The notes: generated by a model not told the origin, from the letters alone. A stretch of 64,000 bases of DNA from an uncultured virus (IMG/VR IMGVR_UViG_3300031772_000008) (IMGVR_UViG_3300031772_000008); one strand, 5' to 3'; shown: positions 38,385 to 49,611, counted from the stretch's first letter. Numbers and translations are program-made.

Positions 38385-41008
38385 CTACTCCCTCTTGCTA
38401 ATAAGTACCTCGAAGAACGTTGCGCGCATACTTTTCCACAGTTTTGAAAAAAGAAGAAGCGACCACCGGTTTGTCTATACTGTGTAAACCATAGTCTCTG
38501 GTCTTTGTTCGCCTGAAATATAGGTTCTCCTGATGTAACACGTGCCCATTCAGAATCTACATACCGATATGTATCATCATACGTCGTGTAATAAGCGGGA
38601 GACGAAGGGCTTTTTATCGTCTGGGCGGCGCGATACTGTCTGGGACTCGTAATTCCGTCAACGTCCAATCCATTTCCATAGTACAAAGCACCAGACCCCG
38701 TAAGCATAGGAACGCCAAAGTTACCAGACCACTCATCTGCCGGAATAAGAATAATATCGTACACTTCATTCCACGTATAATTTATAGAATCGTCTTTACT
38801 GATTGTATCTAAATATATGCTTACCGTTTCTACGTTATCATTAGGTCTCATCGATGTAGATGGATGTATCTTAAATTGACCTAAATCTATTACCTGCATA
38901 GACAAATTTGCATCTGTAGTACCCGTATCAGAGTATGATACATTTAGTTCACTCCCAAATACTGAACGTAGTCTATAGGTAACTGCCCCAGCTAAATAAT
39001 CATAGACACGCACGTAGGCGTGATACGTTCCTATGTATTGTTTCGCCAAATCGCTAGATAACGTCCAGTAACATCCGTTTTCCCAATGCGATCCATCTCC
39101 TGTATCTATTCCATGTAGATGCAAATACTTTCCAGTAGGAGTGTATGTTGCAGATGGAAGAGTAACACTTGAGTTATAGTAAAATGATATCCCAGGAGGT
39201 TGTTGAACATCTGAGCAATTAAGATAAGCAGCAAAATCTGTACCTCGTGATAGAGAGCGAAGTCCCATAATAAGTGTATTCCCAGACTGATAATAACATC
39301 CAGCCGCGTCAAACATAATACGAGCAAGCGCAGGGATATCGCCTTTGACTTGATCTTCTGCTATATCTATATAGGGATTTATAGCTGTATAAATCGCTCT
39401 ATTTTGCTGAACTGGACAAGTCGGTACACCAGTTACCGATAGTACCTCAAAGCATATCCAGTATCCATCTACCCCGTTTACATTATCTACAACCCAATTA
39501 ACCCAACCCCCCTCGGTGACATTAAATACGATACTTCCCACTCCTAATGTACTGAATAAATCTTCATCTCCGCAGAAATTACTATTAGAGTTTCCTGATA
39601 CATTAAACGGCTCCCACCCTCCACCAAAGGGATATGTCCATTCTCCCGTAGTTATCCCTGTCTGTATTGAAAGCAAATCAAACACTACATTGTTGAATAC
39701 CCCCCCATCAGCATAACTTGTGTCGCTTCCTATGTAAAGTTTATCTCCTACGGCGGGATTAGTAGGGAGTAGACCTACTGGTAATATTTCTTCAATAAGA
39801 TTAGCAGACCAAGCCGCTCCTCGATTGTGAAACACATGTGTAATAACCGAACGGTTCTGTTTATTGCTTACGACAACTTCATGGTCGCATGTCTCGGAAC
39901 GTCCAAGATAAGTACCATGATCTGCCCACTCAATATATAGTTCTGGGTAATCCGCTCCAGCATCGAAGGATATAAATTCTCTTCCTCCAGTTCCTTTTGC
40001 GACTGAGGATATAAAAAGTGCTAGATCGTCTCCAGCAGTCCAGTTAATTACATACGAGGAATTATAAGTTATGTTTGTAATAATATTAGTAACGTCAATT
40101 GGCCCTGGGTATGCCCCATCTGCTAGTTTAACTTGTACGCCTACACGATCACGTACACGGCTGAAAAAATTGGTTGATGTAGTGAATGGCAAAGATGGCC
40201 CATAGTGGATATTTTCAGCACAAACCCTTATACTTGCTTCTCCTATACTAATAACTCCAGCATGAAGAGTAAGGGTAGCTTTTTTTATATACGCACCTAG
40301 TGGTACTGTTATATTATTGAATAAAATCCCACACTCACAACCTCCTGCCAAAAGGCTACAAAATCCAACTCCTATCGTATGCCCTGTTAAATCCCCTCCC
40401 GTATCTGACCGAGAAAATGTAGCATCCGATGCAGATGAATTAGGATAGAACGTATCACTACTAGATGCACCAACTGCTCCAGAATAATACTGGTTGCTTA
40501 TCTGGACGCATTCTCCTGGTTCTCCAGGGATAGTTTCTTGCCAGAATTTATGTTCTACAAGTAATATAACTTCTGTGGCAGAGTTGCAGTCGCTTCCAAA
40601 AAATGGTTGTTGATACGGTCCTCCAAAGCCAGTCAATCTATAATCAACAATAACAGCATAACGGGTGTTAGTTTCGTTAGCTGCCTTCGCCTCTATCCAT
40701 ACTGGTTCGTTCTGAAAATCGCTTGTCCAATAAGAAGTAGCTTTTTCTAAAAGTCTCTCCAACTCTTGTATAGAAGTTATCATTAAGTTCTGACTATCTT
40801 TAGCACCTACAAGATTGAATGTATCTATTACATTGTCCATCTTGCGATAAGACAACTTTCTTCCATCCGTCAATGGGCTACTTCTGAATGTCCCTCCTCC
40901 CTTTGGTTCTGCTACGGCAGGTTTCCAATCTTGAAGGGTGAATCCATGAAGGTCAAGAAGATTAACTGTTGTAGTACCATCTGTAATATTTAATTTAGGA
41001 TTTAGCAT
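38381..41008 (-). CDS. Distal tail-like protein with inserted domains
   Basis: Follows the TMP; LNITDGTTTVNLL; start at ATG 41008. Confidence 0.65.
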   Translation of the reverse strand: MLNPKLNITDGTTTVNLLDLHGFTLQDWKPAVAEPKGGGTFRSSPLTDGRKLSYRKMDNVIDTFNLVGAKDSQNLMITSIQELERLLEKATSYWTSDFQNEPVWIEAKAANETNTRYAVIVDYRLTGFGGPYQQPFFGSDCNSATEVILLVEHKFWQETIPGEPGECVQISNQYYSGAVGASSSDTFYPNSSASDATFSRSDTGGDLTGHTIGVGFCSLLAGGCECGILFNNITVPLGAYIKKATLTLHAGVISIGEASIRVCAENIHYGPSLPFTTSTNFFSRVRDRVGVQVKLADGAYPGPIDVTNIITNITYNSSYVINWTAGDDLALFISSVAKGTGGREFISFDAGADYPELYIEWADHGTYLGRSETCDHEVVVSNKQNRSVITHVFHNRGAAWSANLIEEILPVGLLPTNPAVGDKLYIGSDTSYADGGVFNNVVFDLLSIQTGITTGEWTYPFGGGWEPFNVSGNSNSNFCGDEDLFSTLGVGSIVFNVTEGGWVNWVVDNVNGVDGYWICFEVLSVTGVPTCPVQQNRAIYTAINPYIDIAEDQVKGDIPALARIMFDAAGCYYQSGNTLIMGLRSLSRGTDFAAYLNCSDVQQPPGISFYYNSSVTLPSATYTPTGKYLHLHGIDTGDGSHWENGCYWTLSSDLAKQYIGTYHAYVRVYDYLAGAVTYRLRSVFGSELNVSYSDTGTTDANLSMQVIDLGQFKIHPSTSMRPNDNVETVSIYLDTISKDDSINYTWNEVYDIILIPADEWSGNFGVPMLTGSGALYYGNGLDVDGITSPRQYRAAQTIKSPSSPAYYTTYDDTYRYVDSEWARVTSGEPIFQANKDQRLWFTQYRQTGGRFFFFQNCGKVCAQRSSRYLLARGSR

Positions 41009-41010
41009 AT

Positions 41011-44000
41011 CTACCCTTCGATTATAGCTCTCTGGACTTGTGCCTTGAAAACTGCCCAAGACATCGCATTATCAGTTATATGGACATCCCCGAAATTGAC
41101 TGTATTACCATAGACAGGAGAAGCGTTCATAGGAGCTTTCATACTTAACTGCATTCTATCTTTTAACTTGGATACATTCAACGCTGCCTCTAAAGCCTTA
41201 TATGGATCAAGTGTCCTTTTGTCCTTGAAATTAGCAGATGGATTCTTGACACTCACTCCGATTTCCTTTTTAACGATGTCGCTTGTATCTTTTATTCCCT
41301 CTGCCATACCGAGCATCATATCTTTTCCAATGTCTGCGAATACCATAGATGGAGAGGAAGCTTCCAAGAGTTTTCTTAGCCAAGCGGGTATTTCTATCCC
41401 AAGATTACCTACGGCAGTCAGTATAGCTGACTTGAATTTTGTTATTCCTGATACAATACCGTCTATAATGGCTTTACCGATATTCATAAAAGGGTTAGTA
41501 TATTCGGTTGTTCCATCTACCCCGAAGAAACCTTTTATGTCTCTTATAAACCCATCTACTATATCTTTTACTGCTTGCCAAGCATTATCTATAGAGGTAC
41601 TCATCCCATTGACTAACCCGTTTACTATATTCCCTGCTATATCTACAAACGATTGTGCATCGCCTCCACCTCTTGGTATTCCGAAAAATTCGAGAACATT
41701 ATTAAGGAATGTATTCAATCCGTCCCGTGCAGTTTGCCATTTACTAGTAACGTAGAAAACTAGACCATCATATAAACCTTGAACTAGGTCGCCACCATAT
41801 GCATAAGATATAGTTGATGGACTTCCTATTCCCAACAAAAACTTAAGCGTGCTCCAAAACAATCTAATAGCGATAACTAATAATGGAGCTTTTTGTGAAA
41901 TAGCATCGGTTATACTAAGATATAAACCCTCTACTATACCAGGTCCAGCTTCATTTCCGCTTTTATCTTTTTTCTTCAAGAACAACGCGTTATACAGTGC
42001 AGTACCAATCTTGGTTATAATAATACTCCAGTCGATGCTATCGATTGCAGTTATCATTGTAGTCTTGATCCCCTCTACCAATGCAGTACCCAATCTTTCA
42101 GCCCAGGGAGTAGGAGTTCCAGTAACAGCGCCACCCTCTGGGGTGGTAGCGAATGTTTGTTCTTTCCCAAGTATCAAATCTGTCACCCAAGTCATAAAGT
42201 TATTGAATGCATCTGATACTGCCTGTTGGTTTGATGGGTTGTTGAATATTTCAATCAATTTATCTCTTAGACTATTGAATACATAAGTTGCTACTCTTCC
42301 GAGAAGTCCAAGTATTCCTCCCTTGCCAGCCTCAATATCTTTAGTGAATAGTTCTATGACATCTCTAAATTTCTGTACTAAAGATTTACTACTTGTTGGT
42401 TCTTTGTCTCTCCCGCGTTCCCCTGGTGCTCCTACTCCTGGGACTGGTGCGTTCCACGCCTTAGAAATCTCATCCCATGATGGCAATTGAACAGTAGCAG
42501 CAAATGTATCCCATGCTGATTTCAAATCAATAATTGTTGTTGCCCATGCAACTTTTAAGTTGGACAACGCGACTTGGAATCCAGAAGTAGGATCAGTAAA
42601 ACTATCTGTCCAAGCCTTCCCTAATCTTTTTTTCATATCGTCAAATATACGTTGAAATTCTTTAGCGGCTTTGTTTTTCAATGCGTCAAAGTCAATTTCA
42701 AACCCCCCTCCTGCTCCACCAAATGTATCAGAGAGGTCTTTTATGGCATCACCCAAGTCCTCTATCGCACCTGCTCCACCACTAGCCGCAGTCTCTACGT
42801 CTTTCTGGGCTTGAGCCAAATCCACCAATGTTTGTATTAATGTCTTTTGTAACTCTATAGCGTCTTGGAGAGGAACGAGTGCATCCTTGAATGCTTCTAG
42901 GGCATCTTTGGCTAACTGTAATTGTTCTTGGGCAATTTCTAAAGAGTTCTTCTTATCTTCTTCTGCTTTACGGGCAGCCTTAAGTTCTATCTCAGACAAA
43001 TTTATCAACTTCAATTTATCTTTGAGTACGTTTTTATCTGCCCCCTTGCGTAGCATTTTATTGTATTCTCTAATAAGATTATTAGTCTTACCAGCGGATA
43101 CTTGAGTGGCTTTTACAGCATTGTCGTAATCTACCTGAGCCTGCTCTGCTATTCTTGTAGCGTCTGCAACAGCCTGTTCAAATATTGCCTGTTGTGCTAA
43201 TTGTTCATTGTAATCTAATTGAAGTTGTAGTAATTCAGCTATTTCCTGTCCAAATACTCCTCCAATTGAGGCGAGTCTCTCGAATATGCTGGCTGATATC
43301 GTTCCAGTCCTATTAAGTTCATCCATAGCTTGGATAAGGTCTAGGGATATACTAAGATACTCCTCCGAGGATTGTACGTCAGTTATTACTCCGAGATTTA
43401 CTAAAGCTCCTAGAGCGTCTTTTATAACGCCCTGCATGTCATTCAATATACTGAAGTCTGCTTGAGTAAATCCATGCAACCACTCATTGATGGTTTCCAT
43501 GCCCCAATTACCAATATCTGGTAGTATCTTGGGCGGAGAATGCACTACAAACCAACTAGTTAACAAATTAGCTATATAATTGATTGCGGCGGTTATTGCA
43601 CTAGCCGCTCCTGTAATCATTCCCTCAGCAAATGATATAACGATGTTAGCGCCCCATGTGAAGAAGTCTCCACTCATTTCCTCGAATGTCTTATTCGCCT
43701 TATCGCGTGTGTCGTTTATATTTCTTACAGTTGCGCCACCCATATCGTCAAGGGTGCTTCCAATCGCGCTATGTATTCCCTGCGCAAATGGGATAAGTGT
43801 TGCGATAAATTTACTTATTCCGGCTAATGCGGCTCTTATTGCCATTCCGAATTTTATTATCGATATAACGACATTCTCTATAGATATTTTACCAAATCCC
43901 ATTGCTTGGAAGAATTGACCTAATGATTTTCCGATAAGAGAGAAACCAGTTCCTACAGAATCTACCATGAACGCAATTGCTTTCCCTATCGCGTTAGCAT

Positions 44001-45591
44001 TTGCTAATGCCTCGTCCGTACTTAGCATTTCTATGAAATCTTGTAGAGGTTTCGTTATCGATTTAATCATTGGACCAAGTACATTCCACCCAAGAAGTAC
44101 TCCGAACAAATCCTTTATATTCTGCCTTACTGCCTCAAATGTATAATTCATTCTATAGGCAGCGTCAGGCATAGCAGTTCCTACGAATTTAACAAACGCA
44201 CCAAAGAATTTCTCTACAGGTATCGTTCCTTCGGATGCCTGTTGTGAAAAATCTGCAAAACTAATAGTTGTCTTATCCATCCCATCTGCAACTAAATCGA
44301 GACTATCGTACATTATTCTTAGTATCGTGTTGATAGGCATGAAAGCGCCACGTCCTAAGTCTCTCAACTCAGTACCTGTTACTTTCCCTTGTTGTTTCAT
44401 CTGGGCGAAGTTATAGATAATTCTCTCTGAAATCTCACTACCCATACCTAACGTAGCGGTGTAGTCTATGATCGCTTTAGTTAATTCTTTTGTACTTTGA
44501 ACCGTCCACCCCATAGCCAAACTTAAAGATACTGTTCTGGAAATATCTTCTACGGATATGGGGGTTGCTAGAGCCAATTTTTGTATCCATCTTAATAGAT
44601 TCTGAGTATAGCCACTAGCCATCTTAATAGATGTTCCGTAGTCATCTATTCCTCTCGCACTACGTATTTGCATAGCGATTAAGTTATCAAGACGTATCGT
44701 TAATGTCTGCAAGCCTACTGCGGCGCTAAACGATTCTTTAGCGAGCATCTTGATCTCACTAATAACCCCTCTGATTACTTGTTTTAACACCTCGAACTTG
44801 AACATGGAAGAGAATATCGTTCCACCCAGACTTCTCCAACTACCTCCTCCAGTAAATGCGCCGAATATTGCGCTAAATAATCCTTTTATAGGACTTAATA
44901 TAGTACCTAACACTTTACCTATCGAAGATATTACTGTTTTCCCGAATCCATACACAGCCTCAGCTATACTAATTCCAGCTTTAACAATTGCGCCAATTGT
45001 TTTCGGAAGGAATGTTACTACTGCTACAGCGATAGACTTATAAAGATTAAAGAGTGCTTTCTCGATATTGACTGTTAATTGTGCTACTGCGCCTACCAAA
45101 GAACCTATAAATCCTCCCAATACATTACCTATCCCAGGCGCAATAGTTCCTAAGAGACCTCCTATCATGCCACCTAAACCCGCGGCGGAACTTATCCCCT
45201 TGAATACTCCCCCAAGAGACCTTTCTAGTACTGCTGCAAATCCCGTTATTATCTGTCCCGCTTTTGCAAGTCCAGCCCCAGAACTACTCAATTTTAATGA
45301 TTGATTGTTTATTGCGGCTAAACCATTGGCGAAGTCTTTACTTGCTATAGCCCCCGCAGCCATTATATTATTTAGGTTGTCAATCGCTTCCAGTCTTGTC
45401 AGTTCTATTAACAAATCTGCGGTGGTATCGGCTACTTGTACCATCGCATCGTTCATGCTGTTTATAGCCGCTAACCTATTTTGAGTCATCCTTCCAAGGT
45501 TGGATATAGCCGTAACAGCACCAGTCATATTATTTATGAATGTGCTGAAGTTTTGGCTTACAAAGGTTACGCCAACATTGCTTAATGCCAT
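41011..45591 (-). CDS. Tail tape measure protein
   Basis: 1526 aa, Ala/Gly/Ile-rich amphipathic repeats, NFAQMKQQGKVTGTELRDL TMP motif, coiled coil, xSPS motifs. Confidence 0.92.
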   Translation of the reverse strand: MALSNVGVTFVSQNFSTFINNMTGAVTAISNLGRMTQNRLAAINSMNDAMVQVADTTADLLIELTRLEAIDNLNNIMAAGAIASKDFANGLAAINNQSLKLSSSGAGLAKAGQIITGFAAVLERSLGGVFKGISSAAGLGGMIGGLLGTIAPGIGNVLGGFIGSLVGAVAQLTVNIEKALFNLYKSIAVAVVTFLPKTIGAIVKAGISIAEAVYGFGKTVISSIGKVLGTILSPIKGLFSAIFGAFTGGGSWRSLGGTIFSSMFKFEVLKQVIRGVISEIKMLAKESFSAAVGLQTLTIRLDNLIAMQIRSARGIDDYGTSIKMASGYTQNLLRWIQKLALATPISVEDISRTVSLSLAMGWTVQSTKELTKAIIDYTATLGMGSEISERIIYNFAQMKQQGKVTGTELRDLGRGAFMPINTILRIMYDSLDLVADGMDKTTISFADFSQQASEGTIPVEKFFGAFVKFVGTAMPDAAYRMNYTFEAVRQNIKDLFGVLLGWNVLGPMIKSITKPLQDFIEMLSTDEALANANAIGKAIAFMVDSVGTGFSLIGKSLGQFFQAMGFGKISIENVVISIIKFGMAIRAALAGISKFIATLIPFAQGIHSAIGSTLDDMGGATVRNINDTRDKANKTFEEMSGDFFTWGANIVISFAEGMITGAASAITAAINYIANLLTSWFVVHSPPKILPDIGNWGMETINEWLHGFTQADFSILNDMQGVIKDALGALVNLGVITDVQSSEEYLSISLDLIQAMDELNRTGTISASIFERLASIGGVFGQEIAELLQLQLDYNEQLAQQAIFEQAVADATRIAEQAQVDYDNAVKATQVSAGKTNNLIREYNKMLRKGADKNVLKDKLKLINLSEIELKAARKAEEDKKNSLEIAQEQLQLAKDALEAFKDALVPLQDAIELQKTLIQTLVDLAQAQKDVETAASGGAGAIEDLGDAIKDLSDTFGGAGGGFEIDFDALKNKAAKEFQRIFDDMKKRLGKAWTDSFTDPTSGFQVALSNLKVAWATTIIDLKSAWDTFAATVQLPSWDEISKAWNAPVPGVGAPGERGRDKEPTSSKSLVQKFRDVIELFTKDIEAGKGGILGLLGRVATYVFNSLRDKLIEIFNNPSNQQAVSDAFNNFMTWVTDLILGKEQTFATTPEGGAVTGTPTPWAERLGTALVEGIKTTMITAIDSIDWSIIITKIGTALYNALFLKKKDKSGNEAGPGIVEGLYLSITDAISQKAPLLVIAIRLFWSTLKFLLGIGSPSTISYAYGGDLVQGLYDGLVFYVTSKWQTARDGLNTFLNNVLEFFGIPRGGGDAQSFVDIAGNIVNGLVNGMSTSIDNAWQAVKDIVDGFIRDIKGFFGVDGTTEYTNPFMNIGKAIIDGIVSGITKFKSAILTAVGNLGIEIPAWLRKLLEASSPSMVFADIGKDMMLGMAEGIKDTSDIVKKEIGVSVKNPSANFKDKRTLDPYKALEAALNVSKLKDRMQLSMKAPMNASPVYGNTVNFGDVHITDNAMSWAVFKAQVQRAIIEG

Positions 45592-45598
45592 AGGCTAC

Positions 45599-45844
45599 CT
45601 ACTTTTTGGAACTAGATGCATCCTGACCATGCAACTCTATGAGCGAATGGAAATTATGCCAGGCTACTAACTTGGCAAGAAATGCTTTAGGATACGACTC
45701 CAGTTTGGATAATTCTTCCAATGTCGCTCCCGCCGCAATAGCGGCATCCCATACTGAATAATGAACTGAGTAACTTATGTGAGGGTCTACTGCATTTCTA
45801 ACTCTCACATCTTCAATCGGTTCACCGTTTCGTCGGGCGTCGAA
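45599..45844 (-). CDS. Tail assembly chaperone, frameshifted C-terminal part (gpT-like)
   Basis: Open in the +1 frame from CCC-TTT-CGA of the upstream chaperone to 45599; no RBS of its own. Confidence 0.65.
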   Translation of the reverse strand, partial: FDARRNGEPIEDVRVRNAVDPHISYSVHYSVWDAAIAAGATLEELSKLESYPKAFLAKLVAWHNFHSLIELHGQDASSSKK

Positions 45845-46346
45845 AGGGACGACCAGCCCGACCTATATCCTCCGGTGTTACCGAACTCATGTTCTGGATG
45901 TAATTTATTAACGCGATATTAGCTATGACATACCTCTTAAAAACAAACTCCAGTTCTAATTGGTCATCTAGGTCATAGCTAGCCAAATCTATTTGCCCGC
46001 GTTTTTCCATAAACTTCAGTTTGGGTAGCCATTTCTCCGTGGGCGGAACACCTTCGGGAAGTTCTATTCCGAACATCACCGTGGCGTCTATCATGGCTTC
46101 ACCGCGCTTTCGGTCTACTTCTTCTTTAGCACGAATATACGCAGGGTCATTAGGGTTCTGTTCGTCACGATCATATTCTGGATTATGCCAAACGGGTATG
46201 ATTGGCTCAGGGATACGATTAGTAACGTCAGATATGATTGCTACTGGGATTGCTTTCGGGATAAACAAATATCCGTCAATTTCCCAAATATCATCCTGCG
46301 ATTCGTCTAATTCGCGGGCAGTTTCGATTGCTGCTTTTTCAGTCAT
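45822..46346 (-). CDS. Tail assembly chaperone (gpG-like)
   Basis: Lies between the major tail gene and the TMP; AAGGAG RBS. Confidence 0.75.
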   Translation of the reverse strand: MTEKAAIETARELDESQDDIWEIDGYLFIPKAIPVAIISDVTNRIPEPIIPVWHNPEYDRDEQNPNDPAYIRAKEEVDRKRGEAMIDATVMFGIELPEGVPPTEKWLPKLKFMEKRGQIDLASYDLDDQLELEFVFKRYVIANIALINYIQNMSSVTPEDIGRAGRPFRRPTKR

Positions 46347-46421
46347 TTTTGTATGTACTCCTTTAAGAGTTTTTATCTAACAGCGCAAAGCGTCTGTTGT
46401 TATAAGGTTAAGTGGGGTCGA

Positions 46422-47921
46422 TTACGCTGACCCCACGACGATAAATCCATCAGCCGCGTCATCCGCGAGTCCTGCACCAACGATGAAGTTGGCGTCTGAC
46501 GTGCAGTATGCTAAAGCGTTGATCTTGTCGTTTAGTGGCATTGTGCCTGTTTTCTCAGGAATGAGTTTCCAGGAATTTCCACCGTCGATAGAACGTAGGA
46601 TTCTACCTTTTGATGCAGCAGTCGTGTGAGATAAAAATCCAACTGTTTTAGTTGGGAACACGACCGATTCGACTGAACCTGTCCCTGAACCAGAAAATGC
46701 CTTGATTGACCAAGTAACTCCCTGATTGAGAGTCCAGTAAAGGTTTCCGTTCGAAGCACCTATGAACCATTCTGTGGTTGATTTGACCCATATGGTATTG
46801 ATTGTGACTCCGACACCTACTGGGGAAGTCGGCGAAGCAGTCCATGAAGAGCCATCGTTGGTGAAGATTAAAGCACCGTTCTGACCACCTGATACTGCGA
46901 ACTCAGCCGAAAGTCCATGAACGCAGATTAGGTTCTGAACTGTGGCTACACCAGCGTTGAGTACTGCTACTCCAGTCGTTGGGTCGCTTGTTCCGTACAC
47001 ATAACCGTTGTCTCCAACGATAAATGCATACTGTCCTGAAGACCAGGCATCGTTGGGTTCTGCGGTAGCAACGAAACCAGTTGCGATCTGTGTCCAGGTT
47101 GGGTCTGTGATTCCGTCCATCTCGCTCTTGAGTGCGTAGCTGATGTTGTTCGCACCATTACTAGTAACGAAAACATAATCTCCCAAACACTCTACTGCGG
47201 TTGCAGGAGAAGTTAACCCCTCAATGTCGTGGACTATCCAAGTTGCACCACCGTCTAAAGTATAAACAAAGTCAGGTATGGTAGCTGGTGATCCAGAGGT
47301 TCCAGTAGTTACAGCGTAGACTTTATCGCATCCACTTGACTCTATTTCGCATTCCCCACAAGACACATTGTCGCATAGTACTGCGTCAACTACTTCGTTT
47401 ATTATAAGAACGGGTGTTCGGTTTGTTACACTTAGAGGAACAACCTCGTAAGCGTCTGTGGCTGATATGTCTGATGTTTCATTGATTACTGCATTGTCAC
47501 CAGAAGCTAAAGCGCCCAAATCTTCAGTCGAGTAGTTGGTAAGAAAAGCGCTCTCTAAGATAAGAGCCTTATCATACTCGTTGAAAGCTGATGGGTCAGT
47601 ACAACTTCCAGTATGTAGTTGAACATCAAACGCACAACCCTGCCGTGCAAGTTTCATCAAGTCGGAGAGCATGTCCTGCGGGTAACGTCCTTCCAAAGAA
47701 GTCGTTGGTCGCTCAGTCGCACCCTTGATCTGTGCTTTTTCTACGAAGCCGCCGTATTTATAAGGGTCTGGACATTCTATACGTTCAATGTCCCCGTACC
47801 CTCGGCTTACAGCCATCATTCGTAAGCAAGATTTGTAGGATGGTGTGTGGTCAGGACGCGCCCCGCCCTCGATAAGAAATACACGGGTATTGGCGGTTTT
47901 CGCAATCGTGAAATCGCTCAT
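46422..47921 (-). CDS. Probable major tail protein with C-terminal BNR/Ycf48-like beta-propeller
   Basis: Position upstream of the chaperones; TLDGGATW, TNDGSSW, TLNQGVTW and SIDGGNSW repeats. Confidence 0.7.
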   Translation of the reverse strand: MSDFTIAKTANTRVFLIEGGARPDHTPSYKSCLRMMAVSRGYGDIERIECPDPYKYGGFVEKAQIKGATERPTTSLEGRYPQDMLSDLMKLARQGCAFDVQLHTGSCTDPSAFNEYDKALILESAFLTNYSTEDLGALASGDNAVINETSDISATDAYEVVPLSVTNRTPVLIINEVVDAVLCDNVSCGECEIESSGCDKVYAVTTGTSGSPATIPDFVYTLDGGATWIVHDIEGLTSPATAVECLGDYVFVTSNGANNISYALKSEMDGITDPTWTQIATGFVATAEPNDAWSSGQYAFIVGDNGYVYGTSDPTTGVAVLNAGVATVQNLICVHGLSAEFAVSGGQNGALIFTNDGSSWTASPTSPVGVGVTINTIWVKSTTEWFIGASNGNLYWTLNQGVTWSIKAFSGSGTGSVESVVFPTKTVGFLSHTTAASKGRILRSIDGGNSWKLIPEKTGTMPLNDKINALAYCTSDANFIVGAGLADDAADGFIVVGSA

Positions 47922-47932
47922 AGTATAACCTC

Positions 47933-48205
47933 CTATTTGTCACGATATAGTTTAAGCAATTCTCGCTTAAACACGTTGATACAAGCCTGCATTCCACCTG
48001 GGTCGTTGTTAGCAGCCCGCCAGTCAAACAAACCCCGGTCGTATTGCACAGCCTCTATCCCATTAAATACGGCATCCATATCAATCCCCCTTATATCAGG
48101 TGGTTCATTAGGAACGCCGTAACGAGCCATTTCAGGCCCATCTGTATCTTTGATTAACGAACGTCTTTTACGTCCGGTATCATCTGTCCATATTACTGCT
48201 TTCAA
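47933..48205 (-). CDS. Hypothetical virion-associated protein
   Basis: GGAGG RBS before TTG 48205. Confidence 0.6.
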   Translation of the reverse strand: MKAVIWTDDTGRKRRSLIKDTDGPEMARYGVPNEPPDIRGIDMDAVFNGIEAVQYDRGLFDWRAANNDPGGMQACINVFKRELLKLYRDK

Positions 48206-48213
48206 TAATCCTC

Positions 48214-49548
48214 CTAAATCACCGCAACGCTCATTTTCCGTCCGACATGATGCTTGACTCTTTTCCAAGCCATCATCTCGCCTCGGTGAGTACCAAAAGG
48301 ATTGGTTGTCAATTCCATTCCTTGAAAATAACTCCCTGCGGAAGTTGAATTTGACAGGTCAACACGTAGATAGTCGAACAGGTTCTTGAGACGGTTACAA
48401 GAGCAAGGAGGTCGCTCTAATCGAGCGATAGCTAACCATATAATGCACCACGCCCACATGTCGGAGAGGGGGTCACATGAGATACCTCGCAAGTATTCGT
48501 TGCTTTGGTCTCCCGTTAGATAGTATAACTCAACTTTATCGGGCGCACGGCATACGTCAAAGGATGAAGCCGACCACGTTACGTCGTACGTGGCAGGGGT
48601 AGGTACGACTATCCCCGCTTCGGGGTCGCGCACCTGTATACATCCGTCTTGCTCTATGTCTGAACAAGCAGAACATCCAACACCTCCGCAATATCCGCAG
48701 GTGGAATTTCCTTCCCATTGAAAAACTGCACTAGCTAGGGATGTATCGTTGTATTCTCGATATACATCTACAGCAGCAACTAAAGAGGCAGTTGTGGACA
48801 TATCTACTGCTTGAAATCCATCATCGGTTGGAAATGCATATAGAAGTCCAGGTTCTACAAACAACCAACTTTCAAACTCTAATGTTAACACTCCACCTGT
48901 TAAGTCAACAACTCTTGGGGTTCGTATCTCCCAATCCTGTTGACCGTTCGTTCCTGTAAAATATATTTTGTATTCACACGCATTGGTTGTTTTTACGGGT
49001 ATTGTAATTGTAGCGGTTTCAAACAATCCATCAGAGTCATTATCTGTATAAACTAAAGAACCAGCTAAAACAGTTGCAGAGGTGATAAACTCAATCCCTC
49101 TACGTCCTCCACTTATTATTTTCCCGTATCTTGTGTTTAATCCTTTGGGAAGTCCTCTTACATCACGGACTTGATACATACCTTCTCTGTAAAAATCTCT
49201 TGGATACATCTTCTTTTCTTTTGCGATCCACATTGGAGCAGCAAAATAACCAACTTCTTTCGCTAAAGTTTCCTCTGCGTCTTTTATAGAATAAGCCAAA
49301 GACTCGTGCGAAACCTGGTCTGATTTTTGCCAATCATAACGAGGCCATACATCTCCGCACGAAGAACCAGTAGGAAATACTTGAGGGTTTAAGCTAGAAG
49401 CAGTGACTCCAGCGAAGTGAAGAGGAGCAATACCAACCATGCGAGCAAATCTAGGCAGGGATAAAAGTGTATAAGGTATCGGATATGCGGTAGGTGCAGA
49501 CCCAGGTACTCCGCCACCGATAGGTGTCCAAAATCCAGAACCTCCCAT
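48214..49548 (-). CDS. Putative head-tail connector/adaptor protein
   Basis: I..AEETLA..VGY.; LYYLTG; NPFGT.RG; position before the tail genes (inference). Confidence 0.55.
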   Translation of the reverse strand: MGGSGFWTPIGGGVPGSAPTAYPIPYTLLSLPRFARMVGIAPLHFAGVTASSLNPQVFPTGSSCGDVWPRYDWQKSDQVSHESLAYSIKDAEETLAKEVGYFAAPMWIAKEKKMYPRDFYREGMYQVRDVRGLPKGLNTRYGKIISGGRRGIEFITSATVLAGSLVYTDNDSDGLFETATITIPVKTTNACEYKIYFTGTNGQQDWEIRTPRVVDLTGGVLTLEFESWLFVEPGLLYAFPTDDGFQAVDMSTTASLVAAVDVYREYNDTSLASAVFQWEGNSTCGYCGGVGCSACSDIEQDGCIQVRDPEAGIVVPTPATYDVTWSASSFDVCRAPDKVELYYLTGDQSNEYLRGISCDPLSDMWAWCIIWLAIARLERPPCSCNRLKNLFDYLRVDLSNSTSAGSYFQGMELTTNPFGTHRGEMMAWKRVKHHVGRKMSVAVI

Positions 49549-49611
49549 AGTTATACTCCTTCAATAATCAATTATACACCATATAACATGCTATTGTTAC
49601 GGAACAATTTG

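Noticed and set aside
41168..45304. Several plus-strand ORFs opposite the tape measure gene
   Set aside because: Antisense shadows of the TMP codon bias.
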